Below are positions 50,707-62,299 of a stretch of 64,000 nt of DNA, one piece after another; position 1 is the stretch's first letter; every line of letters starts with the position of its first letter. The notes beneath the pieces were generated by a model, which did not search any database, was not told the DNA's origin, and saw only the letters and a list, made by a program, of their open reading frames with translations. Location of the stretch: the NCBI RefSeq assembly GCF_964213995.1, contig NW_027591085.1, forward strand, positions 1-64,000. The letters are read 5' to 3'. The position numbers and the translations under genes are program-made. This DNA is from Mustelus asterias (lineage: Eukaryota).

Positions 50707-51666
50707 TAGAAACATAGAACCATAGAAAATTACAGCTCAGAAACAGGCCTTTTGGCCCTTCTTGGCTGTGCCGAACCATTTTATGCCTAGTCCCACTGAC
50801 CTGCACTTGGACCATATCCCGCCACACCCCTCTCATCCATGATAGAACCATAGAAAATTACAGCTCAGAAACAGGCCTTCATATCTCCTTCATCCATTTA
50901 AATCGGAGGCTGACTCATCTGTAATCAGTATCTGGGAGAATCAGGAAGGTGAGATAGAGTCATAGAGTCACAGAGGTATAAGCATGCAAACAGGCCCTTC
51001 GGCCCAACATGTCCATGCCGCCCTTTTTAACGACAAAGCTCGTCCTAATTGCCCGCGTTTGACCCATTACCCTCGATAGCCATGCAACTCTCTATGCGCT
51101 TTTTAAAAGACTGTCTGGCAGCTTGTTCCAGACACTCACCACCCTCTGTGTGAAAGAATTACCCCTCTGGACCCCTTTATATCTCTCCTCTCTCACCTTA
51201 AACTTATGCCTTCTCGTTTCAGGCTCCCCTACCTTTGGGAAAATATATTTACTATCAAGCTGATCTATGCGCCTTATTATTTTATAGACCTCTGTAAGAT
51301 CACCACTCAGCCTCCTACGCTCCAGAAATTAAAAGCCCCAATCTATCCAACTACTCATTATAATTTAAACCATCAAGTCCCGGTAGCATCCTAGTAAATC
51401 TTTTCTGCACTCTTTCAAGATTAATAATACCCTTCCTATAATAGGGCGACCAGAACTGCACAAAGTATTCCAAGTGTGGCCGTACCAATATTTTGTACAA
51501 CTTCAACAAGACGTCCCAACTCCTGTATTCAATTTTCTGACGAATGAAACCAAGCATGTCGAGTGCCTTCTTCACTGCTCTGTCCACATGTGACTCCACC
51601 TTCAATGAGCTATGAACATGTACCTGTTGATCTCTTTGTTCTAGAACTTTCCCCAACGCCCTACCA
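50707..51666 (-). mobile_element. CR1 3' fragments, including a duplicated short tail at 50707-50895
   Basis: ORF 51351..51971 C-terminal part (RPHLEYFVQFWSPY). Confidence 0.8.
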
Positions 51667-51723
51667 TCCTGCTGGTCTAGTGGTAAGGGTTCAGCGCTTT
51701 CAGGGTCGCAGACTGGCTTCGAT
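51667..51723 (+). pseudogene. Degenerate, truncated tRNA-Glu(TTC)
   Basis: TCCTGCTGGTCTAGTGGTAAGGGTTCAGCGCTTTCA...GGCTTCGAT aligns by eye to vertebrate tRNA-Glu (TCCCTGGTGGTCTAGTGGTTAGGATTCGGCGCTTTCACC...). Confidence 0.7.
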
Positions 51724-52348
51724 ATATTAAGATTTAATGTTTTTGATAAACAAACTTGAATTACTTCCTGATCGAAAGCAACTCTGTCAGCATCAGTCGA
51801 GTGAGATTTTGCTTCCCAGTTGGAAAAGTCACATGGGCAACAGGCTGAGAACAAACACAGATAGTGAAAAGGGGGTGTTCGGATGCAAAGCACTGACGAT
51901 GGATGTGGTGATACAGGGTAAAGTCTGGGTAATGGGTCAGATTTAACCGTGTGCACTGACAGAAAAATCACTCATTTGTGGATGAAAATCTCGGGCGAAA
52001 TGACAAAAAACTTCTCACTGAATGAAACACTAAACTATTTGACTTCGACTGATTGTAAGCAGTTTTCATTCAGAAAACAGTAACTGTGAGATTAGCAAAG
52101 CGGGATGGAGACAGTCTCAGTTTGAGAGGTGATGCAGCAACGTTTAAAATTAATGAGAACCAATCAACGTTGTCCTTGTCCATCAATCCTTGTGTCAGTT
52201 AATCCATCCTGTCTTGCTCGCTATCACAGGGATTCTTTTCACTGTGTGATTCCCGTCCTAAATGCTGGAAAAACTCATCAGCTCAATTAATGTTTCATGC
52301 GAAACGAGAACAACTGAAATCAGAACCATTATGGAAATGTTCAAATGT

Positions 52349-52403
52349 GACCGGGGACCTTCCACATGTGAGGCCAACGTGACAACCACTACACTACAGA
52401 AAC
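52349..52403 (-). pseudogene. Truncated tRNA-Val(CAC) pseudogene
   Basis: Reverse complement GTTTCTGTAGTGTAGTGGTTGTCACGTTGGCCTCACATGTGGAAGGTCCCCGGT matches the 5' two-thirds of vertebrate tRNA-Val; 3' acceptor arm missing. Confidence 0.8.
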
Positions 52404-52609
52404 ACGGCGATGCATGCATGTGAAACAGATCCGGCTAACTGGCGGAACAACTAAACTCGTTTCAAGGCTGTCAGTTACTCGCTTTGCATTGTCTCTGCTG
52501 GTTTTTCGAGTCAAAATGAATGATGATACATTCTACTGCATTCAATTCAAGTAATCACATGCTTTGACCAAAGGTGTTCAGAACGTTTATAGTAATTTAA
52601 GTGAAAATG

Positions 52610-52690
52610 TGACAGTGGGGGATTTGATCCCACTCCGCCATAAACATCACGATCCTAAATTTGTGTCTTAGACTTCCCAACAACGGCAGC
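52610..52690 (-). pseudogene. Highly degenerate tRNA-Leu(TAG)-like relic
   Basis: Reverse complement retains GTCTAAG...TTTAGG...GGAGTGGGATCAAATCCC..CTGTCA with a long variable arm. Confidence 0.45.
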
Positions 52691-53329
52691 AGCAGAAGTC
52701 ATTGCTGTCAGAGCTGGTATTGGCAGTGAACAAAATCAATGGAGTTGAATTCGGTCACATGTCCCTTTGAGTCTCTTCTGCCATTTAAAATCAAGACGGA
52801 TCCCCAGCTCAACGACCACCTCATTTCAGGAATCAAATCAATGAAACTTGATTCCACCCAGACAGGGAGAGAAGAGAAGGAACAAAAACAAAAGAGGGGA
52901 AATGGAGAGTTAGACTGAAAGAGGGAAAGACCAAGGCAGATGTCCAGAGAGAAAGAGGTAAATATAGAGACAGAGTGGGGTAGACATTGAACGGAACAGA
53001 TACACTTCACCATTCCTTATGATTTCAAGAAAAAAACAAACTTGGAGCATTGGAAAGAGCAAATACTACAGCCCTGAAAAAGATTCTGGCAATGGTGCTG
53101 AAGAATTGTGCTTCAGCACTTGCCGCAACCTTAGCTAAGATGTTCCTCAGCTAGAACACGGGCATCTAACCGCCAATGGTACAATATGCCCAAGATTGCC
53201 CGCTTTACAAAACTCAGATCAAATCCAACACCGCCAATAACTACCAGTCTACTCTTGATCATCTGTAACGTGACGGAAGGGGCAATAAACAATGGTAACA
53301 GGAGGCACTCCAATGCAAACTGGAGGAAC

Positions 53330-54117
53330 CGGATAAGTGTGTGGTGATCCATTTTGGCAGATCCAATGGGATGAAGCAGCAGTATAATATGAAGGGTACC
53401 ATTCTTAGCAGTGTAGAGGATCAGAAGGACCTTGGGGTCCGGGTCCATAGGACTCTTAAATCGGCCTCGCAGGTGGAGGATGCGGTCAAGAAGGCGTACG
53501 GCGTACTGGCCTTCATTAATCGAGGGATTGAGTTTAGGAGTCGGGAGATAATGCTGCAGCTTTATAGGACCCTGGTTAGACCCCACTTGGAGTACTGCGC
53601 GCAGTTCTGGTCACCTCATTACAGGAAAGATGTTGAAGCCATTGAAAGGGTGCAGAGGAGATTTACAAGGATGTTGCCTGGATTGGGGGGCATGCCTTAT
53701 GAGGATAGGTTGAGGGAGCTTGGTCTCTTCTCCCTGGAGAGACGAAGGATGAGAGGTGACCTGATAGAGGTTTACAAGATGTTGAGAGGTCTGGATAGGG
53801 TAGACTCTCAGAGGCTATTTCCAAGGGCTGAAATGGTTGCTACGAGAGGACACAGGTTTAAGGTGCTGGGGGGTAGGTACAGAGGAGATGTCAGGGGTAA
53901 GTTTTTCACTCAGAGGGTGGTGGGTGAGTGGAATCAGCTGACGTCGGTGGTGGTGGAGGCAAACTCGTTGGGGTCTTTTAAGAGACTTCTGGATGAGTAC
54001 ATGGGATTTAATGGGATTGAGGGCTATAGATAGGCCTAGAGGTGGGGATGTGATCGGCGCAACTTGTGGGCCGAAGGGCCTGTTTGTGCTGTGGCTTTCT
54101 ATGTTCTATGTTCTATG
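53330..54117 (+). mobile_element. CR1 LINE 3' fragment
   Basis: ORF 53341..54033; (TTCTATG)n tail. Confidence 0.92.
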
Positions 54118-54281
54118 TAACATTTACTGATAAAAGTTTATTAATGAAACAGAACATGGTTAAAACAAACAGAAAATGACTTGAGGATCAAAGACAACCA
54201 GAGTAAAAGGATGTTCACAATGTTCTGGACACAAATATGGTTTCTCTTTAATTCATCTGTAGCCTGTTCCCTGCCCTCTTT

Positions 54282-55000
54282 GTGGAACACCTCCGCTCAG
54301 TCCACAAGCATGACCCTGACCTTCCGCTTGCCATTAGAATTCACCACCTTGCTCTCACACTCACATTTCTGTCCTCGGCCTGCTGCAATGTTCCGGAGAA
54401 GCCCAACACAAGCTGGACAAACAGCCCCTCATCTTCCGATGAGGCACTTTACAGCCTCCTGGACTCAACATTGAGTTCAACAACTTCACACCCTGAACTC
54501 TCTCCTCCATTTTGATTTGTTTTTTATTTGCTGAGTGCCAGTCTGCATCTTGTTTTCATGTTTTTTTGCTTCCAGACAGAGCTGTCCTTTATTCTGCCAT
54601 TAACACTTACCAATGCTTTGTTTCTTTACGATGTGGAGATGCCGGCGTTGGACTGGGGTAAACACCGTAAGAGTTTTAACAACACCAGGTTCCTGTTGGA
54701 CTTTAACCTGCTGTTGTTAAAACTCTGATTGTTTCTTTATTACAACCATTACCTCTCCCTTTGCCTTTTGTTCCAGGACATTTTTGTCATTTAATCTCAC
54801 CCGTCCTCTAACCAATCCCTGACTCTCCCTTTAGTTCTACCTGCCCCTCCCCCCTTTCTCAGCAGCATCAAACCCATCACATTTCTCCCTCTCTTTCGTT
54901 CTGAAGTAGAGTTACATTGGACGTGAAACATTCTCTGTTTCTCTCTCCACAGATGCTGCCAGACCTGCTGTGTTTTTTCAGTTCTTTCTGTATTTATTTT
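54282..55000 (+). mobile_element. 3' remnant of a Penelope-like retrotransposon (GIY-YIG endonuclease C-terminus plus pLTR), with a nested family-1 hairpin at 54629-54728
   Basis: EHLRSVHKHDPDLP...SVLGLLQCS...KLDKQPLIFR*GTLQPPGLNIEFNNF across frames; nested insert TSD TTGTTTCTTTA at 54618-54628 and 54729-54739. Confidence 0.75.
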
Positions 55001-55265
55001 AAATCTACCTTAGTCATAGGAAAAGCACTCTTTACTATCCAGGATAAAATAAATGTCCTTCATCAGCTTTTGTGGATCATTTCAGTGGAAATGCGCTCTC
55101 CCAAGCTCAAAGAGCATCAGCCCACTGGAAGCAAAGTTGGGAGACCGGCCAGTCCAGCAGAAAGAAACCCTCCGACCCTCCCACTTCACCAACTGTCAGA
55201 ACGAACACTGTTCAGTCCTGGATGTGATTAACAGCAGCAATAACAGCAGAATCCAACACCAGTAA

Positions 55266-56190
55266 TCACTTGTGAATTCGCTGGTGTCTCAGCAGGAGGG
55301 ATGAATCACTAAATCCTTTCCCACACTGAGAGCGGGTGAATGGCCTCTCCCCGGTGTGAACTCGCTGGTGTTCTCGCAGGTTGCATGAATCACTGAATCC
55401 CTTCCCACACAGAGAGCATGTGAACGGTTTCGCTCCGGTGTGAACTCGCTCATGTTTCCGCAGGTTGGATGAAGTTCTGAAGCTCTTTGTGCAGTGAGAG
55501 CAGGTGAACAGTCGCTCCTCAGTGTGAATGCGCTGGTGGGACACCAGATCCTGAGACCTTTTGAAGCCACTCCCACAGTCAGAGCATTTAAAGGGTCGCT
55601 CATTGGTGTGAACTCGCTGGTGTTCCCACAGGTAGGTTGATGTTGTAAACCTCTTTGTGCAGTGAGAGCAGCTGAACGGTCTCTCCTCAGTGTGAATGCG
55701 CGGGTGGACCAACAGTTGATGAGAACTTTTGAAATCTTTCCCGCAGTCAGAGCATTTAAAGGGTCGCTCATTGCTGTGATTGACTTTGTGACTGCAAGCT
55801 GGATAAATCACTGCATCCCCTCCCACACACACAGCAGGTGAATGGCCACTCCCTCGTGTGAACTCGTTGGTGATTCCGCAGGTTGGATGATCTTCTAAAC
55901 GTCTTTGTGCAGTGAGAGCAGCTGAACGGTCTCGCCACAGTGTGAATGCGCTGGTGGGACACCAGATCCCGAGAGCTTTCGAAACCAGTCCCACAGTCAG
56001 AGCATTTAAAGGGTCTCTCACTGGTATGAGTGAGATTGTGACTCAGCAGATTGGATGACCGAGTGAATTCCTTCCCACACACAGAGCAGGTGAACGGCCG
56101 CTCCCCAGTGTAATTGCATTGATGAGTTTCCAGCTGAGATGGGAACCTGAATCCCTTCCCACAGTCCCCACATTTCCACAGTTTCTTCAT
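55266..56190 (-). pseudogene. C2H2 zinc-finger pseudogene (~11 fingers, frameshift near 55780-55830)
   Basis: Fingers split between ORFs 55768..56226 and 55266..56021; finger 1 His>Tyr, last finger Cys>Arg; flanks paralogous to the 61060 gene. Confidence 0.85.
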
Positions 56191-56984
56191 GATGCGGGTG
56201 TCCTTGTGACTCTCCAGGTTAAACAATCAGTTAAATCTCACACAGAACGTGGGTACAGTCTCTCCCCGCTGTGAATGCTGCGATGTATTTTCAGGCTGTG
56301 TAACTGGTTAAAGCTCTTTCCACACTCACTGCACTGGAACACTCTCACTCTGGTGTGTTTGTGTCTCGGTGCTTTCCAGTCACACTGATGTTTAAACATT
56401 CTGAAGCAGAAAAAACAGAGAAATATTTCTCCTTCTAGATTCAAAGGTCGATGATGTTGAGGTCCAGATGAATTGAGCGACTGTCAGATCTTGATGTGAT
56501 GTTTGGTTTGGGATTTCCGTCTATGGATCTTAACCTTCTGATATCCTGTAAAGGAGTTTGCGGCAGAAATCACAGTCAGTACAGGATCAAAATTCAGAAC
56601 TAGAATTCTAGTTTCTAAGGAACATTCTTTCCCCACGCATTCCCCTAAATCTGTAAATTGGTTAAGATACAGGGGGTTGTGATTGGTCATGTTCTCGAAC
56701 TTGCTGCCTGTGAGGGGAGTCAAGCAGAGATGGTCAGTAATTTTGAATGTGATTGGATGGGTGCTGCAGGGTTACAGAATGGGACCCACTCCAGACGGAC
56801 AGGATTGCTCAGCAGGGTCTGGAGTTGTCCAATGAACTCCTCCTGTGCTGTAATGACTCTGACTGGAAATATATAACGTAGCTACAGTACAATATTACAA
56901 GACTAGAAATAATAATAAATGTCCTTTATTGCAGAACCATCTGATATTTATCACATAACAACACTGGTCATATTTCTGTTCTCA

Positions 56985-59160
56985 GAGTTTTAAAGCACAG
57001 CAAGAGGCCCTTTGGCCCATCGAATTTGTGCCAGCTCTCAAGCATCGATCTGTTCTAATCCCACCTTCCACCATTTGATCAGTAGTAGCCTTGTAAGCGA
57101 TGGCATTTCAAGTGCTCATCTAAATGCTTCTTAATGTTGAGCGTTCCCACCTCTACCACCCTTTCAGGCAGTGAGTTCCTGATTCCATAACCCTCTGGGT
57201 GAAAATCTTTTCCCTCAATTCCCCTCTAAATCTCCTGCCCCTCCCCTTAAATCTGGAAGTTGACCCAGCGACTAAAGTTACTTGAACTAAGGGTTCATAT
57301 TTTTGTCCACCCCAATCAGGGCCCCCTCAGCCTTCTCTGAATTAGGGAAAACAATTCCAGCCTCACCAGCCTCTCTTCATGGCTGAAACTTTCCAGCCCA
57401 GGCAGCATCCTGGTGAATCTCCTCTGCACCTTCTCGAGCGCCATCACATCCTTGCTAAAATGTGGCGACCCGAATTGCAGACAGTACTAGGTCGCTCCGG
57501 TGAGAACAAACCAAGTTTCTCCAACCTCTCCTCATAGCTAATGCCCTCCACACCAGGCAACATCCTGGTAAATCTTTTCTGTACCCTCTCCAAAGCCTCC
57601 CACATCCTTCTGGTAGTGTGGCGACCGGAATTGAACACTATATTCCAAGTGAAGCCTAAGCTTCTCTAAAGCTGCAACATGAATTGCCAATTTTTAAACT
57701 CAATGCCTCAGCCAATGAAGGCAAGCATGCCGTATGTCTTCTTGACTACCTTCTCCACCTGCATTGCCACTTTCAGTGACCTGTGTACCTGTCCACCCAG
57801 ATCCCTTTGCCTATCAATGCTCTAAAGGGTTCTGCCATTTACTGTATATTTCCTATCTGTATTAGACATCCCAAAATTCATTACCTCACATTTGTCCAGA
57901 TTAAACTCCATCTGCCATCCAACCGATCTATATCCTGCTGTATCCTCTGATGGTCGTGAACACTATCCACAAATCCACCAACCTTTGAGTCGTCCGCAAA
58001 CCAGTTACATTTGTCAAAGGCCTTACTGAAATCCATGTAGACAACATCCACTGCCCTACCCTCATCAATCATCTTCATCACTTCCTTGAAAAACTCAATC
58101 AATTTAATGAGACACGACCTCCCCTTCACAAAACCATGTTGCTTCTTGCTAATACATCCACTTGTTTCCAAGTGGGAATAAATCCTATCTTGAAGAATCC
58201 ACTCCAATAATTTCCCTACCACTGATGTAATGCTCAGCAGCCTGTAATTACCTGGATTGTTCTTGCTACTCTTCTTAAACAAAGGAACAAGATTGGCTAT
58301 TCTCCAATCCTCTGGGACCTCCTCTGTATGTGGAGATGCCAGCGTTGGACTGGGCTAAACACAGTAAGAAGTCTAACAACACCAGCTTAAAGTCCAACAG
58401 GTTTATTTGGTAGCAAATGCCACTAGCTTTCGGAGTGCTGCCCCTTCGTCAGGTGGAGTGGGAGATGTGCTCACAAACAGGACATACAGAGACACAAACT
58501 CAATTTACAGAATAATGATTGGAATGCTAATCAACGCTAATACAGCTAATCAAGTCTTAAAGGTACAGACAATGTGAGTGGAGGGAGCATTAAGCACAGG
58601 TTAAAGAGATATGTATTGTCTCCAGACAGGAGAGCTAGTGAGATTTGCAAGTCCACCTGACGAAGGGGCAGCGCTCCGAAAGCTAGTGGCATTTGCTACC
58701 AAATAAACCTGTTGGACTTTAACATGGTGTTGTTAAACTTCTTACTGTGTTTACCTCCTCTGTAGCCAGTGATGATACAAAGATTTCTCTCAAGGCCCCA
58801 GCAATTTCCTCCCTTGCCTCCCTCAGTATTCTGGGGTATATCCCATCAGGCCCTGGGGACTTGTCTATCTTAATGTTTCTCAAGAACCCCAATACCTCCT
58901 CCTTTTTGATCTCAACATGACTCAAACTATCTACACATCCTTTCCCAGACTCATCATCCACCAAGTCCTTCTCTTTGATGAATACGGACGCAAAGTACTC
59001 ATTTAATACATCGCCATTTCCTCTGCCTCCGTGCATAGATTCCCTCCACTGTCCTTGAGTGGGCCAACCCTCTCCCTGTTGCTCTTTATATATGTATAAA
59101 AAGCCTTGGGATTTTCCTTAATCCTGCTGCCCAATGCTTTCTCGTGACCCCTTTTAGCCC
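56985..59160 (-). mobile_element. Fragmented CR1 LINE(s), interrupted by the 58329-58752 PLE
   Basis: ORFs 58719..59036 (KSPGPDGIYPRIL), 57881..58282 (DFSKAFDK) and 57444..57638. Confidence 0.88.
58329..58752. mobile_element. Penelope-like element with inverted pLTRs, each carrying a hammerhead motif; 12-bp TSD
   Basis: ~100-bp inverted arms (58357-58457 / ~58652-58752), 28-nt tail; TSD ACCTCCTCTGTA at 58317-58328 and 58753-58764. Confidence 0.85.
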
Positions 59161-59254
59161 TTAGACTTGGGTGAAAGGACTGAGGGGATGGTTGCTAAAT
59201 TTGCTAATGGCATAAAGATAGGTGGGAAAGTTGTGAAGACGACATAAGGAGATT

Positions 59255-59708
59255 TCTTTTATTTCTTTATTGTGTTTCTTCATTTTTCTTCCTCCCTCCC
59301 ACTCTTTCCCCCTTCTTTATTCCCCTTCCCTGACCTTTTCTCCCCCTTTGCTAAATCTTACCTCGTCCCATTCATTCCACCCCCATGCTCCCCCCCGCCA
59401 CCCCCCCCCCCCCCCCCCCCCCCCCACCCGCCCCACAAATCCCAAACATCTTCATTTTAGCTTCTCTGTCTTTTGGCCATTCACACCCTTTATTCTCTCT
59501 GTGGACAGCTATGAGCAGTCTTTTCCCCTGGTTTCTGTGGCTATGACTCATCTTTAATTCCCTCACCCGGCAGTATAAACATCTCCCACTTTCTCTGCCT
59601 TTTAGCTTTAACAAAGGGCCGTCTGGACTCGAAACATCAGCTCTTTTCTCTCCTTACAGATGCTGCCAGACCTGCTGAGATTTTCCAGCATTTTCTCTTT
59701 TTGGTTAC
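59255..59708 (+). mobile_element. Penelope-like pLTR (family 2) with decayed hammerhead, inserted in a CR1
   Basis: AGCT-TTAACAA-AGGGCCGTCTGGACTC-GAAA-CATC-AGCT followed by the same arm sequence as 19921-19983. Confidence 0.7.
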
Positions 59709-59709
59709 A

Positions 59710-60420
59710 AAAATATATCGATAGGTTAAGACCGGGGCAAAGATCTGCCAAATGGAATATAATGTGGCAAAAAGTCAAATCATCCATTTTGGCAGGAAGA
59801 ATAAAAGAGAAGCTTATCATTTAAATGGTGTGAGATTGCAGAGCTGGGATTGCAGAGGGATCTGGGTGTCCCAGTGCGTGAATCACAAAAGGCCGGTATA
59901 CAGGTACAGCAAGGAATTGGGAAAGCTAATAGACTGTTACTGTTTATTGCGAAGGGAATTTAATAAAAAAGTAGGAAGGTTATGCTTCAGTTATACAGGA
60001 TATTGGTGAAACCATCTGGAGTAGTGTGTACAATATGGCTCTCACTTCGGAAAGATGTAAACACATTGGAAACAGCTCAGAGAAGGTTTACTGGACTAAT
60101 ACCTGAAATGGCTGGTTTGTCTAATGAGGAATGATTGGACAGGTTAGACTTGTATCTACTGGAGTTTAGAAGAGTAAGAGGCGGCTCGATTAAAACAAAT
60201 AACAGGAGAACTTCTTCCTCTCAGAGGGTCTGAATGTCTGGAACTCTCTTTCTCAAAGGGCAGTGGACGCAGAGTCTCTGAATCTTTTGAAGGCAGAGCT
60301 GGATAGATTCTTAATAAGCAAGGGGGTGAAAGTTTATCGGGGGGTCGGCGGGAATGTGAAGTTGAGGTTACAATCAGATCAGCTGTGCACGTATTGAATG
60401 GTGGAGCAGGCGTGAGGGAC
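59710..60420 (+). mobile_element. Degraded CR1 fragment
   Basis: ORF 59752..60009 (MEYNVAK..IIHFGRKN). Confidence 0.75.
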
Positions 60421-61059
60421 GTACCCCTGTTCTGAATGTGCATATTCATTTGTTATCACATCCTGTACAATAGATTGTAGCATTTTCCCTCCGGCTGATG
60501 TCAGGCTGATGGGTCTGTGGTTCCCCGTTTTCTCTCTCCCTCCTTAAACAGTGGGGTTTCATTTACCACCTTCCAATCTGCAGCAAAAATTCCACAATCT
60601 ATAGAATTTGGAAAGATGACCACCAATGTATCCACTATCTCCACAGCCACCTCTTCCAACACTCTGGGATGTAGATCAGCAGCTTTTTGCCGATTTATTC
60701 ACTTCCAACCCCATTAATTTCTCCAGTGCTACTTTTTCACGAATACTAATCTCTTTCAGTTCCTCATGCTCACTACTCCCTCTGCGTGCTTTGCGAGCCT
60801 TCCAAACATAATTGCGAACAAAATATCTTTAAACTTCCAAACACCCTTTCACTCTGTGATCCTTGAGAAATCCAAAGCCAGATATTCGCAACAAGGTTAA
60901 AAGATTATCAGCCCACTGGAGGCAAAGTTGTGAGACCGGCCAGTCCAGCAGACAGAGAGCCTCCAATTCTCCCCAGTGACCAACTGTGAGAATGAACAAA
61001 ATGCAGTCCTGGATGTAACTGAGAGCAGAAACAATAACAGCAGAATCCAACCCCTGGAA

Positions 61060-61650
61060 TCACTCGTGAACTTGTTGGTGTCTCCGCAGATTGGATAACT
61101 GAGTGAATCCTTTCCCACACTGAGAGCAGGTGAATGGTCTCTCCTTGGTGTGGACTCGCTGGTGTGTCTGAAGAGTGGATAACTGAGCAAATCCCTTCTC
61201 GCACTGAGGGCAGGTGAACGGCCTCTCCCCAGTGTGAAACCGTTGGTGTGTCTTCAGATGGGATAACTGAGTGAACCCATTCCCACACTGAGAGCAGATA
61301 AACGGCCTCTCCCTAGTGTGAACTCGCTGGTGTGTCCGCAGGCTGGATGACTGACTGAATCCCTTCCCACACTGAGAGCAGATGAATGGTCTCTCCTCAT
61401 TGTGAACTCGCTGGTGTGTCTGCAGGCTGGATGACTGAGTGAATCTCTTCCCACAATGAAAGCAGATGAATGGCCTTTCCTCATTGTGAACTCTCTGGTG
61501 TGTCTGCAGAGTGGATAATCGACTGAATCCATTCCCACACTGAGAACAGGTGAACGGTCTCTCCCCAGTGTGACTGTGTCGATGAGTTTCCAGGTGAGAA
61601 GGGTATCTAAATCCCTTCCCACAGTCCCCACATTTCCACCGTTTCTCCAT
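61060..61650 (-). CDS. C2H2 zinc-finger protein, 7 intact tandem fingers ([14 protein letters not shown]...), ~196 aa
   Basis: Uninterrupted ORF with CxxC...HxxxH fingers and TGERPF-type linkers; degenerate finger sequence upstream to ~62010. Confidence 0.85.
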   Translation of the reverse strand: MEKRWKCGDCGKGFRYPSHLETHRHSHTGERPFTCSQCGNGFSRLSTLQTHQRVHNEERPFICFHCGKRFTQSSSLQTHQRVHNEERPFICSQCGKGFSQSSSLRTHQRVHTRERPFICSQCGNGFTQLSHLKTHQRFHTGERPFTCPQCEKGFAQLSTLQTHQRVHTKERPFTCSQCGKGFTQLSNLRRHQQVHE

Positions 61651-62299
61651 GGTGCAGGTGTCCTTGTGACTCTCCAGGTCGGACAAACAGTTGAAACCTC
61701 ATCCACGCACAGAACACGGGTACAGTCTCTCCCCGCTGTGAATGCTGCGATGTTTTTTCAGGCTGTGCAACTGAAGCGTTTTCCACATGCAATGAACTGG
61801 AACACTCTCACTCTGGTGTGTGTCAGATTCGGTGCTTTCCAGTCACACTGATATTTAAAATATGAAAGACAGAGCAAAGAAACATCTCTCCTTCGAGATT
61901 CAAAGGCTGATGATATTCAGGTCCCGATGAATTGAGTGACTCTGTCAGATGTTGATGTGACATTTGGTCTGAGATTTTTGTCTGTAAATCCTCACCTTCT
62001 AGATATCCTGTAAAAGGAGTTTACAAAAGTCATCACAGTCAGTACAGGATAGAAATTCAGAACAGACAATTCTAGTTTCTATGGAACATTCTTTCCTCTC
62101 TCATTCCCCAAAAGCTGTGACTCTCCATCCCACACACTCTCCCTCCATTCTCACTCTGCTGTATCTAATATTCACCCTCCCAATTCTCCTGAAGGGGCTG
62201 ATTGAGGCTGATTGACAGATCCATGCTCACTGCTTCCTGTCCTGGACACAGAGAGCTGAAAATCTCCATGCAGGCGGCCAGACAGATATATGTCTTTGT

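Noticed and set aside
55289-61851. Alternative-frame and antisense ORFs over the ZNF genes
   Set aside because: Shadow frames of the periodic 84-bp finger repeats
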